In this document: one piece after another, positions 16,779 through 25,933 of the stretch | Layout of the letters: every line of letters begins with the position of its first letter | Numbering within the stretch: position 1 is the first letter of the stretch | Assembly: GCA_902783015.1 (NCBI GenBank) | Contig: CACZPL010000027.1 | Location: 1 to 38,679, forward strand | DNA length: 38,679 bases | Direction: 5' to 3' | Origin: an uncultured Lachnospiraceae bacterium | Lineage (GTDB): Bacteria > Bacillota > Clostridia > Lachnospirales > Lachnospiraceae | Translations under genes and position numbers: made by a program | The notes under the pieces: model-generated | What the model was told of the DNA's origin: nothing | The model's database searches: none | The model's input: the letters and a program-made list of their open reading frames with translations, nothing else

Positions 16779-16845
16779 AAAAATCTGCCATACTACGCTT
16801 TAAAGCTTTAAAGTGTATTATAGCAGATTTTTAAATTTTCGTAAA
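16779..16845 (-). promoter_or_regulatory. Amylase promoter embedded in a 54-bp quasi-palindrome/terminator
   Basis: TTTACG (16845-16840), 17-nt spacer, TATAAT (16822-16817) with extended TG; palindrome arms 16779-16805 and 16806-16832. Confidence 0.65.
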
Positions 16846-16848
16846 GTA

Positions 16849-18285
16849 TCAATAATGTCTGACCACTTCGAAGCGTTCCAGCTTGCAGCCCTTTTCGTCC
16901 TCGGCAAGACCCGCCTTTTTCTTTGCAATGGCAAGCTGTTCTTCTACGGTGTCCACACCGTCCAGGTTCGGCAAGAGCAGTCCGCGTCTGCCGCCCTTTG
17001 TAACGATCACGCCGTAGCGCTTTACGTCAAGTTCATCCTCGGAATCGATGGGCTCCGTCTCCGAGAGCACATCCACGGTGATCTCGAGTGCGAGAAGCTC
17101 ATCCCGCTTGATAGGCGAAAAGCGCGGATCCCTTGTAGATGCGCTGATGGCGTTGACGATGATCTCATCCGCCAGTTTATCGCACACCGGTCCGATCGTA
17201 CCGATGCAGCCCCGCAGTCTTCTCTCCTTGTGGATGGAGACAAAGGCTCCCGCCTGTCTTCCGGTAAGCTCTTCCTGCAAAGCGTTTTTTGCCTCCTCCG
17301 AGGACTCACCCGCAAGAAGTCGGTCCTTTGCGCTGCTCCAGGTGAGCGGCTCGCCGGTGATGATATAGTTTTCAAGAGACATACGCGCAAGGCGCACGTA
17401 ACCGTCTTCGTTTTCCCTCTCGGTGAGCAGGCGTTTCTTTTCCCTCTCCTGCCAGAGATCCATCATGGCGCGGTCTTCGTTATCACCCGCTGCCCGATAG
17501 GTGCAGATTCCGTAACCGACCCCGGTCACATCCGCATGGGAAAGCTTTTTCGCTTCCACGTTCTTTCTGTCAAAGGCTCCTGCCATCATGACAAAGGAAC
17601 GGTGTCCGCACTCCGCGGCTTTATCGCAAAAGTTTTCATCAAAATCAAAGAGCTCATCGAAGGCCGCGCGTCCCATCACGTCCATGATGCGCTTGTCATA
17701 TTCCGGACCGGCGGGATCGAAGCCGTAGGGGCCGTATTCCTGCAGCTTATGGGAAAGGTCACCGCTTGCCACATATACCACGTTTCTTTCAAGCGCCTCC
17801 GCAACCCTTTGGATCTCCATGCCGAGCCTGTAGTGCTCTGTCAGAGAGAGACCGGAAAGCCCGATCCTGACAAGCTTGAAGCCCGCATATTTCTGCAGGA
17901 TAAAGTAAAGCGGCACCATGACACCGTGGTCAAGCTCCCGTTTTCTGCCGCCGAGATTCCCGGCGGAAATGCCTGCCTTTTCCGCACATTCGCATAGCAA
18001 CTGCACAAAATCCGTATCGTACTCCGCCTCAAAGGCGACCTCCGGCGCACCGAACTCCGCAAAGGACCCGGTGGTCCCGCTTCCCGGCGCAATGTGCATA
18101 TAATCGCTATACATCACCGTATGCGGTGACGAGATCACGATGGTATCCGGTGCGATCCGCGCGATCTCCTCCGCAACCTTTTCATATGCCGCTGTCGTTT
18201 CCGGCACCTGCTTTTCGCCGCCGCGCCCCACCTGCGGCACGATCATCGGCGGATGAGGCACCATAAAGCCCGCTGTGATTCCCAT
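16849..18285 (-). CDS. amrA: AmmeMemoRadiSam system protein: LigB/Memo-like domain fused to AMMECR1 domain
   Basis: PHPP, SPH, DHG, SGDLSH and ECG motifs of the Memo/LigB fold; GAFVSIH..LRGCIGT and DPRF of AMMECR1. Confidence 0.88.
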   Translation of the reverse strand: MGITAGFMVPHPPMIVPQVGRGGEKQVPETTAAYEKVAEEIARIAPDTIVISSPHTVMYSDYMHIAPGSGTTGSFAEFGAPEVAFEAEYDTDFVQLLCECAEKAGISAGNLGGRKRELDHGVMVPLYFILQKYAGFKLVRIGLSGLSLTEHYRLGMEIQRVAEALERNVVYVASGDLSHKLQEYGPYGFDPAGPEYDKRIMDVMGRAAFDELFDFDENFCDKAAECGHRSFVMMAGAFDRKNVEAKKLSHADVTGVGYGICTYRAAGDNEDRAMMDLWQEREKKRLLTERENEDGYVRLARMSLENYIITGEPLTWSSAKDRLLAGESSEEAKNALQEELTGRQAGAFVSIHKERRLRGCIGTIGPVCDKLADEIIVNAISASTRDPRFSPIKRDELLALEITVDVLSETEPIDSEDELDVKRYGVIVTKGGRRGLLLPNLDGVDTVEEQLAIAKKKAGLAEDEKGCKLERFEVVRHY

Positions 18286-18289
18286 ACTG

Positions 18290-19300
18290 TCACCTCGGCA
18301 TTTCTATAAAGCCTACCTTTTTCATAACCTTGCGAAGCGTCTTATTTGCGTAATAAGATGCCTGCTCCGCATTGTCCTTCATGATGCGGTTGATATAATC
18401 CTTGTCCTTTTCAAGCTCGGCATATCTTGCCTGCAGAGGAGCAAGCTCCGCGGCCACGGCCTCGCCCACGCATTCCTTCAATGTACCGTAGCCCTGACCC
18501 TCGAATTCCTTCAGGGTCTCCTCCACGGATTTGCCTGTCACGGCATTGTAGATATCGATCAGATTGCGCACACCCGGCTGCTCCTCACGGTAGGCGATCT
18601 GCGCCTCGGAATCAGTCACGGCGCGCTTGAATTTGCGCATGATGGTGTCCTTGTCGTCCAGAAGGAAGATGCTCGCATTCGGATTTTCGTCCGACTTGGA
18701 CATCTTCTTGGTCGGATCCTGCAGGCTCATGACGCGTGCTCCGCTCTTTCCGGTATAGCCCTCGGGGATCGTGAACACGTCGCCGTAGATGCCGTTGAAG
18801 CGGTTCGCGATATCACGCGTGATCTCCAAATGCTGGATCTGGTCCTGTCCTACCGGCACGATGTCCGCCTGATAGAGAAGAATGTCTGCTGCCATCAGGA
18901 CCGGATAAGTAAAGAGTCCGGTGTTGATATTGTCCGCGTGCTTCTGTGACTTGTCCTTAAACTGTGTCATACGGTTCATCTCGCCCATGTAGGTGAAGCA
19001 ATTTAAGATCCAGGCAAGCTGCGGATGCGCGGGCACATGTGACTGGAAGAAGAGACAGTTCTTCTCCGGGTCAAGGCCCGCCGCGATATATAAGAGCATG
19101 AGGCGGCGTGCGTTCTTGCGAAGCTCCGCCGGATCCTGCCGCACGGTGATGGAGTGCAGGTCCATGATGCCGTAGAAGCATTTGATGTCCTCTTCCTCAC
19201 CGAAGTGTACCCAGTTTTTCAATGCGCCGAGATAGTTTCCCAGCGTGATCATGCCCGTGGACTGCATGCCGGAGAGCATGGTCTTTTTACCGTCTATCAT
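18290..19300 (-). CDS. trpS: Tryptophan--tRNA ligase
   Basis: TLGNYLGA, YPVLMAADIL, VPVGQDQ, KMSKS. Confidence 0.97.
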   Translation of the reverse strand: MIDGKKTMLSGMQSTGMITLGNYLGALKNWVHFGEEEDIKCFYGIMDLHSITVRQDPAELRKNARRLMLLYIAAGLDPEKNCLFFQSHVPAHPQLAWILNCFTYMGEMNRMTQFKDKSQKHADNINTGLFTYPVLMAADILLYQADIVPVGQDQIQHLEITRDIANRFNGIYGDVFTIPEGYTGKSGARVMSLQDPTKKMSKSDENPNASIFLLDDKDTIMRKFKRAVTDSEAQIAYREEQPGVRNLIDIYNAVTGKSVEETLKEFEGQGYGTLKECVGEAVAAELAPLQARYAELEKDKDYINRIMKDNAEQASYYANKTLRKVMKKVGFIEMPR

Positions 19301-19317
19301 TTTTTACTCCTTTTTGT

Positions 19318-20949
19318 TTAGTTATCCTCGTCCGATGCGAGGTTCATAACCTGACGCTTTCTCGCCAGCTCATCGCTCGCAAGATATTCATCGTAGGTTG
19401 TCTGCTTGTCGATCAGGCCCGTGTTCGTAAGCTCCATGATACGGTTTGCGGTGGTCTGTACAAACTGATGGTCCTGGCAGGCAAAGAGCGCCACACCCGG
19501 GAACTTGATCAGTCCGTTATTCAAAGCCGTGATGGACTCCATGTCAAGATGGTTCGTGGGCTCGTCCAGGATCAGCACGTTGGAACCCATGATCATCATC
19601 TTGGAAAGAAGGCAGCGCACCTTCTCACCACCGGAGAGCACCTTCACCTTCTTCACGCCGTCATCGCCCGCAAAGAGCATACGGCCGAGGAAGCCTCGTA
19701 CATAGGTCACATCCTTGTCATCCGAATACTGTGCCAGCCAGTCCGAGATGATCAGATCGTTGTCAAACTCCTTGGTGTTATCCTTCGGGAAGTAACCCTG
19801 GGAGGTAGTCACGCCCCACTTGTACTCTCCCTCGTCCGGCTCCAACTCACCGGCAAGGATCTGGAACAATGTCGTGGTCGCAATGGTATTCGGTCCCACA
19901 AAAGCGATCTTGTCCTCGCGTCCTACGGTGAAGGAGATATCGTCCAAAACCTTCTCGCCGTCAATGGTCTTTGAGATATGAGAAACCGTCAGCACCTCGT
20001 TTCCGATCTCGCGCTTCGGGCGGAAATCGATGTAAGGATACTTTCTGCTGGAGGGCTTGATCTCCTCGAGCTGGATCTTTTCAAGCGCACGTTTTCTGGA
20101 GGTTGCCTGCTTGGACTTGGAAGCATTTGCGGAGAATCGCTGGATGAACTCCTGCAGCTCCTTGATCTTCTCTTCCTTCTTCTTGTTGGCCTCCTTCATC
20201 TGGCGGATCATCAGCTGGCTGGACTCGTACCAAAAGTCGTAGTTGCCGGCGTACAGCGTGATCTTTGCATAGTCGATATCCGCGATCTGCGTACAAACCT
20301 TATTTAAGAAGTAACGGTCGTGGCTCACCACGATCACCGTATTTTCAAATTCGATCAAAAATTCCTCGAGCCATGCGATGGCATCCAAGTCAAGGTGGTT
20401 GGTGGGCTCGTCCAAGAGAAGCACGTCCGGATTGCCGAACAATGCCTGCGCAAGCAGCACCTTCACCTTCAGGTTACCGTCGAGCTCGCTCATCTGTTTA
20501 TAATGGATGTCCGTGTCCACGCCGAGGCCGTTTAAGAGGGTTGCGGCATCGGACTCCGCGTTCCAGCCGTCCATCTCGGCAAACTCCGCCTCAAGCTCCG
20601 AGGCGCGGATACCGTCCTCATCGGTGAAATCTTCCTTCGCGTAGATCGCATCCTTTTCCTTCATGATGTCATACAGGCGCTGATTGCCCATGATGACCGT
20701 GTCCATGACGGAGAACGCGTCGTATTTAAAGTGATCCTGCTGCAGCACGGAGAGACGCTCCCCGTCGTTCATGATCACCTCGCCCTTGGAGGGCTCGATA
20801 TCTCCCGCAAGAATCTTTAAAAAGGTGGACTTCCCGGCACCGTTGGCACCGATCAGACCATAGCAGTTGCCCTCGGTGAACTTAATGTTCACGTCCTCGA
20901 ACAATGCCTTTTTTCCGAAGCGCAGGGTTACGTTATTTGCACTGATCAT
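19318..20949 (-). CDS. ybiT: ABC-F family ATPase (YbiT/YkpA-like)
   Basis: Two NBDs without TM domains, GANGAGKS, LDEPTNHLD twice, linker FSANASKSKQATSR. Confidence 0.9.
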   Translation of the reverse strand: MISANNVTLRFGKKALFEDVNIKFTEGNCYGLIGANGAGKSTFLKILAGDIEPSKGEVIMNDGERLSVLQQDHFKYDAFSVMDTVIMGNQRLYDIMKEKDAIYAKEDFTDEDGIRASELEAEFAEMDGWNAESDAATLLNGLGVDTDIHYKQMSELDGNLKVKVLLAQALFGNPDVLLLDEPTNHLDLDAIAWLEEFLIEFENTVIVVSHDRYFLNKVCTQIADIDYAKITLYAGNYDFWYESSQLMIRQMKEANKKKEEKIKELQEFIQRFSANASKSKQATSRKRALEKIQLEEIKPSSRKYPYIDFRPKREIGNEVLTVSHISKTIDGEKVLDDISFTVGREDKIAFVGPNTIATTTLFQILAGELEPDEGEYKWGVTTSQGYFPKDNTKEFDNDLIISDWLAQYSDDKDVTYVRGFLGRMLFAGDDGVKKVKVLSGGEKVRCLLSKMMIMGSNVLILDEPTNHLDMESITALNNGLIKFPGVALFACQDHQFVQTTANRIMELTNTGLIDKQTTYDEYLASDELARKRQVMNLASDEDN

Positions 20950-21008
20950 TTTTCTTTTTCCTTCCGATAGTTATTTCAGGATCCGATAATCCTCACAAAA
21001 TCGTTGGT

Positions 21009-21037
21009 ATTCTACCATACACGCTATTATTATGCAA
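21009..21037 (-). promoter_or_regulatory. Sigma-A promoter of the ABC-F/trpS/amrA unit
   Basis: TTGCAT-17-TAGAAT with extended TG. Confidence 0.6.
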
Positions 21038-22316
21038 GACTCACCAAAAAACGTACGGTAAAGATTCCGTCATCATCGGAGATGTCCATCTCGCCGTGGT
21101 ACTTGTCCATATAATCCCGCACGGAGAGCAGTCCCATCCCGTGTCCCTCCCCCCGTGCGGAAGCCGGCAGGCCGGTGTTTTTATCATACACGATCACCCC
21201 CGCGTAGGGATTCTTCACCTCTCCGATCAGCTTTCCCTTATCACAGATGATCATCAGGGAAACCTTCTTTTCGGTCACCTCCGGAGAAGTAACGGCCATA
21301 CAGGCATTTTCAAGCAAATTCGAGACCACCATGGCAAGTTCGATATTGCCGACGGAGATTTCCCCGGGCAGTTGGGCCCGGATATCACAGGTCACCTCCG
21401 GGTACTGCTTCACGATCACATCGATGGCATTGCTCACCATCACATTCTCACAATAGTTCACGGAATAATAAAGGTCCGGCGGATCGTCTCTGTACAAAAG
21501 CTTCCTCAGCTCCTCATAATCTCCCCGTTCAAAACATTCGCGCAGCATAAGCTTCATATGTCTTGCATTGTGGCGCAGCTTGTGGATATGCTCCTGTGTC
21601 GTTGCGATCTCCCTGCTTCTTCTCACAAGGTTGGCCTCAAAATTCTTCAGAATGGCCTCCGTACGCTTCACGGATTCCTGTTCTCTGATATCCTTTACAT
21701 AGCTGAACATGAGCAGGTACACCAGGGGCATGAGAAGTATGATCCCGACGGACACCGGAATGTATCTCTCATCGGAGAGCAGCGCATCCGGGGACATGTG
21801 GAAAACAAAGGAAAGGCAGTAGAAGGCGAAGGGAACCATACAAAACATGCCCCAGGTTCTCTTTCTCAGTCCCTGCCCCGTCTTCCAGATCTCTTTCGTG
21901 TAACGGATCATAACGGCAGTGAGCAGATAATCAACCAGTAAAAGCCCGAGGATCGCGGCGATCAGATTGTCCGTCCGCGCATAGATAAACCGGCCGATGA
22001 TGTCTCCGACTCCGATCAGGTTTCCGACAGCCAGACCGCCGAACAGCACCGGAAGTCCGCGGTTCTTTGCCAGGATCTGCACAAACACCTGCACGATCAG
22101 GATTGTCGAGATGACATAGAACAGCACACCCCGATTATCATTTTTCTCAAAGAATCCTTCTCTTGCAAGCGTGCAGACAGACACCAAAAAAACAGCCATC
22201 ACACAAATAAGCAGCGTGATGCCCATGGAAAACCTGTGCTGCATGACAAGGAGCATGGTGATAAAAATGCAGATACAGGAAACGATCAAAATGATGTCAA
22301 TGCCGTAAATGAACAT
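21030..22316 (-). CDS. AgrC-like GHKL sensor histidine kinase
   Basis: Multi-TM N-terminus, LRHNARH H-box, NLLENA, HGMGL.SV. Confidence 0.88.
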   Translation of the reverse strand: MFIYGIDIILIVSCICIFITMLLVMQHRFSMGITLLICVMAVFLVSVCTLAREGFFEKNDNRGVLFYVISTILIVQVFVQILAKNRGLPVLFGGLAVGNLIGVGDIIGRFIYARTDNLIAAILGLLLVDYLLTAVMIRYTKEIWKTGQGLRKRTWGMFCMVPFAFYCLSFVFHMSPDALLSDERYIPVSVGIILLMPLVYLLMFSYVKDIREQESVKRTEAILKNFEANLVRRSREIATTQEHIHKLRHNARHMKLMLRECFERGDYEELRKLLYRDDPPDLYYSVNYCENVMVSNAIDVIVKQYPEVTCDIRAQLPGEISVGNIELAMVVSNLLENACMAVTSPEVTEKKVSLMIICDKGKLIGEVKNPYAGVIVYDKNTGLPASARGEGHGMGLLSVRDYMDKYHGEMDISDDDGIFTVRFLVSLA

Positions 22317-22320
22317 TTTT

Positions 22321-23058
22321 CTACCTGTTCTTATCCGCCATATACTTTAACACGCACTTTTTCACCTGACTCTGTCTGTTCTTGCTGATCCGGATCACGT
22401 CACCCGAGATCAGGCGTACCTCTCCCTGCCGGAAGGAGTCGATGTAGTCCATGTTTACGATGTAGGATTTATGCGTCTGCAGGAAATTATCCGCCGCAAG
22501 AAGCTCCGAGAGCTCCCCCTCAAAGGAATTGCGGATGCAGACACTCTTTACGGATTTGCCGTCTACCGTGTGCAGAAGCACCATACGGCGGAAGCACTCC
22601 GCATACAGAATATTCTTGTGAGAAAAGCAGAGCAGTCCCTCGGAGGTCTTCAGACAAAAATGCTTGTCCTTTTTCTTTGAATCCTCCGTCTCCACGGCTG
22701 CGTTTACGGCCTCATAAAGCTCCTCCTGCTTTAAAGGCTTTAAGAGATATCTCACTGCGTGCACGCCGTAAGCCTGCAACGCATAGTCCGGGGACGATGT
22801 GAGATAAATGATGCTCGGCTCGCGGTCCACCTCTTTGATGGCACGCGCAACCTCGATCCCGTTTGTCTCGGGCATCAGGATATCCAGCATGTAGACATCC
22901 GGATTGTTTCCGCTTTTCACATCCTCGATCAAGCTGCCGGCATCATGATAGGTCACAAGCTCCACATTCATATCATGCGCATGACGGATCTCGTCGATCA
23001 TGTGACCGATCTCCTTTAAGTCTCTTTCGTTGTCATCACACAGTGCAAGCTTATACAT
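22321..23058 (-). CDS. LytTR-family response regulator
   Basis: ALCDD, LDILMPETNG, YLLKP receiver domain; FLQTHKSYIVN LytTR domain. Confidence 0.93.
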   Translation of the reverse strand: MYKLALCDDNERDLKEIGHMIDEIRHAHDMNVELVTYHDAGSLIEDVKSGNNPDVYMLDILMPETNGIEVARAIKEVDREPSIIYLTSSPDYALQAYGVHAVRYLLKPLKQEELYEAVNAAVETEDSKKKDKHFCLKTSEGLLCFSHKNILYAECFRRMVLLHTVDGKSVKSVCIRNSFEGELSELLAADNFLQTHKSYIVNMDYIDSFRQGEVRLISGDVIRISKNRQSQVKKCVLKYMADKNR

Positions 23059-23060
23059 TT

Positions 23061-24893
23061 TCAATACCCCCCAACCAGACGCTGCATCCAGTCCGAAAGC
23101 AGCGAATCGTTCGCATTATATATGATATTCTTTGTTTTGTACGGATCATCCGTGATCACACTGTCCACATCCAAAAGCAGTACATCCTTGATATCCCGCT
23201 CGTTGTTCACGGTCCAGGCGTAGATTTCCTTATGGTTTTCGTGGACACTCTTTACGATACGCGAGGAAATAGATGATTTCCGAATACTGAAGGCGTTTAC
23301 ATCCTCCGTCCCTCCGATCTCCCCAAAGGCAAGGGACATGATGTACACCGTATCGATCTCGTCGTCAAGCGCCTGCACGCGATGCACCGTTTTGATATCC
23401 AGAGAGGCAAGCACACACTGATCCTCGAATTCAAATTCCCGGATCAGATCAAGGATCCCTTCCTCATAGTTGTGATCCGTTTTTGCAGGCTTCAATTCTA
23501 TATTTAAAAATATATCATTTTCCTTTGCATAAGTCAAAACCTCGCGAAGTGTAGGCACCGGCTCCCCGGCATACTCCTCGGAAAACCGGCTTCCGGCATC
23601 CAGGGTCTTTATATAATCAAGCGTGCATTCACCCACTTTTTTATTCACTCCGGTGGTACGCGCAAGGCTTTCGTCGTGCATCACGACATACTCACCGTCC
23701 GCCGTCTGTCTCACATCGATCTCAATGATATCTGCCTGGTTCTCATATGCAAGGCGGATGGCAGCCATGGTGTTTTCCGGCGCATGCTTGGAATCTCCGC
23801 GGTGCGCGGTCACGCTGGCTCTGTTGGAATAGACGATGTTGAAGGACGTATGATTTCCGTAGAGGAGATAAAGGTAATAACCGTTCAGCAAAAGCGCTGT
23901 TACAACCATGGTCACGCTGACCACGACATTGCGGTAACGTTTCCCGTTTTCCTTCGCTTCTTTTCGTTTCTCCCTGATACTTTTTCGGCGTTCCGCCTCA
24001 TTTTCATAACCCGTCTCCTTCCGCAGCTCATAAAACCATGCGGAGAGATATGCGGTCACACAGGGTGTGGACACCAGCGCGAGAATCAGGTAGGTCACGA
24101 ACAGGATCACACGGATGATCAAATTGATCGTAAACCTGAGTTTCTTTTTTGCGATGATGAGGGAAAGTATTTTGGCGATCACAGTGGCAAGCACACTCTC
24201 AAGCAGCACCATACCCACAAGAAATACCAGGTTGATCAGGCACACCCCGAGCAGAATCCGAAGCTTCTTCCCGCGAACAAGCTCCGCGCTTTCCTTCCTT
24301 GCTTCGAGAAAGGTCCTTTCGTGTGCGACAAAGCAATGCAGTGTGAGGAGCCTGCGCACCGCAAGGAAACAACAAAGAAGAAAGACCACGGCCAAAATGA
24401 TCAGGAGCAGCTTGTGTTGTTTGTAAAACCGGTGAAAAAAGTCCGGCATCTTCATGCCGATCACAAAACCGGCCACCATCAAAGCGTGGTAAAACGGAAT
24501 CGCAAGGAGCTGATAAAAGAACATGCCCATGTTCTTCAAACGCAGAGAACGAAATCCGTCCGTCAGACCGTGAAACAGCATTGCAAGCGATACGGTTTTC
24601 TGTTCGTAATAAGAACAGTCGAAGGCATAGATCAGACTGGAGACATTGACCAGCATATAAAACGCGATGGCCAGTACGATCAGAAGCAGAAACAGATAGG
24701 TGCTCGGTGCGCGGAAATAACGATTCATGGTACCGGTCGAAAGGTACGGGATCCCCGCAGCGGAGACGGATGCGTTCAGCAATCCGTAAAACAGCGGAAT
24801 GAGGATCGCAAGCGAGACCGCTTTGTATATGATCTCAAACACGATGACATGAGAAAGATTCTTTTTCAACAGGCGAAAGCCCTCGCGAAGCAT
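23061..24893 (-). CDS. Glycerophosphodiester phosphodiesterase with membrane domain
   Basis: TM N-terminal half; AHRG, APENT, IEIDV, HD, NIELK, WTVN, ITD motifs. Confidence 0.92.
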   Translation of the reverse strand: MLREGFRLLKKNLSHVIVFEIIYKAVSLAILIPLFYGLLNASVSAAGIPYLSTGTMNRYFRAPSTYLFLLLIVLAIAFYMLVNVSSLIYAFDCSYYEQKTVSLAMLFHGLTDGFRSLRLKNMGMFFYQLLAIPFYHALMVAGFVIGMKMPDFFHRFYKQHKLLLIILAVVFLLCCFLAVRRLLTLHCFVAHERTFLEARKESAELVRGKKLRILLGVCLINLVFLVGMVLLESVLATVIAKILSLIIAKKKLRFTINLIIRVILFVTYLILALVSTPCVTAYLSAWFYELRKETGYENEAERRKSIREKRKEAKENGKRYRNVVVSVTMVVTALLLNGYYLYLLYGNHTSFNIVYSNRASVTAHRGDSKHAPENTMAAIRLAYENQADIIEIDVRQTADGEYVVMHDESLARTTGVNKKVGECTLDYIKTLDAGSRFSEEYAGEPVPTLREVLTYAKENDIFLNIELKPAKTDHNYEEGILDLIREFEFEDQCVLASLDIKTVHRVQALDDEIDTVYIMSLAFGEIGGTEDVNAFSIRKSSISSRIVKSVHENHKEIYAWTVNNERDIKDVLLLDVDSVITDDPYKTKNIIYNANDSLLSDWMQRLVGGY

Positions 24894-24907
24894 GGTTCTA
24901 CCTCTTT

Positions 24908-25933
24908 TTATAATAGTAACATTGCATCTCCGAAGGAGAAAAATCGATAGCGTTTGTCTACCGCCTCCCTGTATGCGGCAAGCACCTTCTCCCTGTCGTA
25001 GAAGGCGGATACCAGCATGAGAAGCGTAGATTCCGGCAGATGAAAATTGGTGATCAGGCTGTCGACAAGCTTAAAGCTGTATCCGGGATAAATGAATATA
25101 TCCGTATCCCTGCTGCCGGGGCAGAGTCTTCCCGCATCGTCGGTCATACTCTCCACCGTACGTACCGAGGTCGTTCCGACACAGATGATGCGTCCGCCGG
25201 CCTCCTTGGTCTCGTTGACCAGTCTTGCCGTCTTCTCGCTCACCTGACAGAATTCCGTGTGCATATGATGCTCCAGGATATTCTCCGTCTTTACCGGCCG
25301 GAAGGTGCCGAGTCCCACATGCAGGGTGACGTAGGCCGTTTTCACGCCCATTTCCGTAAGTTCGGCAAGTAACTCCTTCGTAAAATGAAGTCCCGCCGTC
25401 GGCGCGGCCGCAGAGCCTTCATGCTTTGCGTACACCGTCTGGTAACGATCCTTGTCAAGAAGCTTGTGCGTGATGTAGGGCGGAAGCGGCATCTGTCCGA
25501 GGGCATCCAGGATCTCCTCAAAGATTCCTTCATAAAAAAAGCGCACGACACGGTTTCCGTCCGCGAGCACCTCCTCGATCTCACAGGTAAGCTTACCGTC
25601 GCCGAAGCTTGCCCTTGCACCGGGGCGAAGCTTTTTCCCTGGCTTCACGATCGTCTCCCAGCGATTGTCGTCGATGCGCTTTAACAGGAGCACCTCAACG
25701 GTGGCTCCCGTATCTTCTTTAACGCCCAAAAGCCGGGCAGGAATTACCTTGGTGTCATTTAAGACAAGGCAATCCCCCGGCTTTATGTAGCTTTTGATAT
25801 CCGTAAAGGTTTTATGCTCGATCTCATCCGTGTCCCTGTGGAGCACCATGAGTCTCGAATCGCTCCGCTTGGCCAGAGGATCCTGCGCGATCAGCTCCGG
25901 CGGAAGCTCGTAGTTAAAATCACTTAGGACCAT
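24908..25933 (-). CDS. queA: S-adenosylmethionine:tRNA ribosyltransferase-isomerase
   Basis: [45 protein letters not shown]. Confidence 0.97.
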   Translation of the reverse strand: MVLSDFNYELPPELIAQDPLAKRSDSRLMVLHRDTDEIEHKTFTDIKSYIKPGDCLVLNDTKVIPARLLGVKEDTGATVEVLLLKRIDDNRWETIVKPGKKLRPGARASFGDGKLTCEIEEVLADGNRVVRFFYEGIFEEILDALGQMPLPPYITHKLLDKDRYQTVYAKHEGSAAAPTAGLHFTKELLAELTEMGVKTAYVTLHVGLGTFRPVKTENILEHHMHTEFCQVSEKTARLVNETKEAGGRIICVGTTSVRTVESMTDDAGRLCPGSRDTDIFIYPGYSFKLVDSLITNFHLPESTLLMLVSAFYDREKVLAAYREAVDKRYRFFSFGDAMLLL

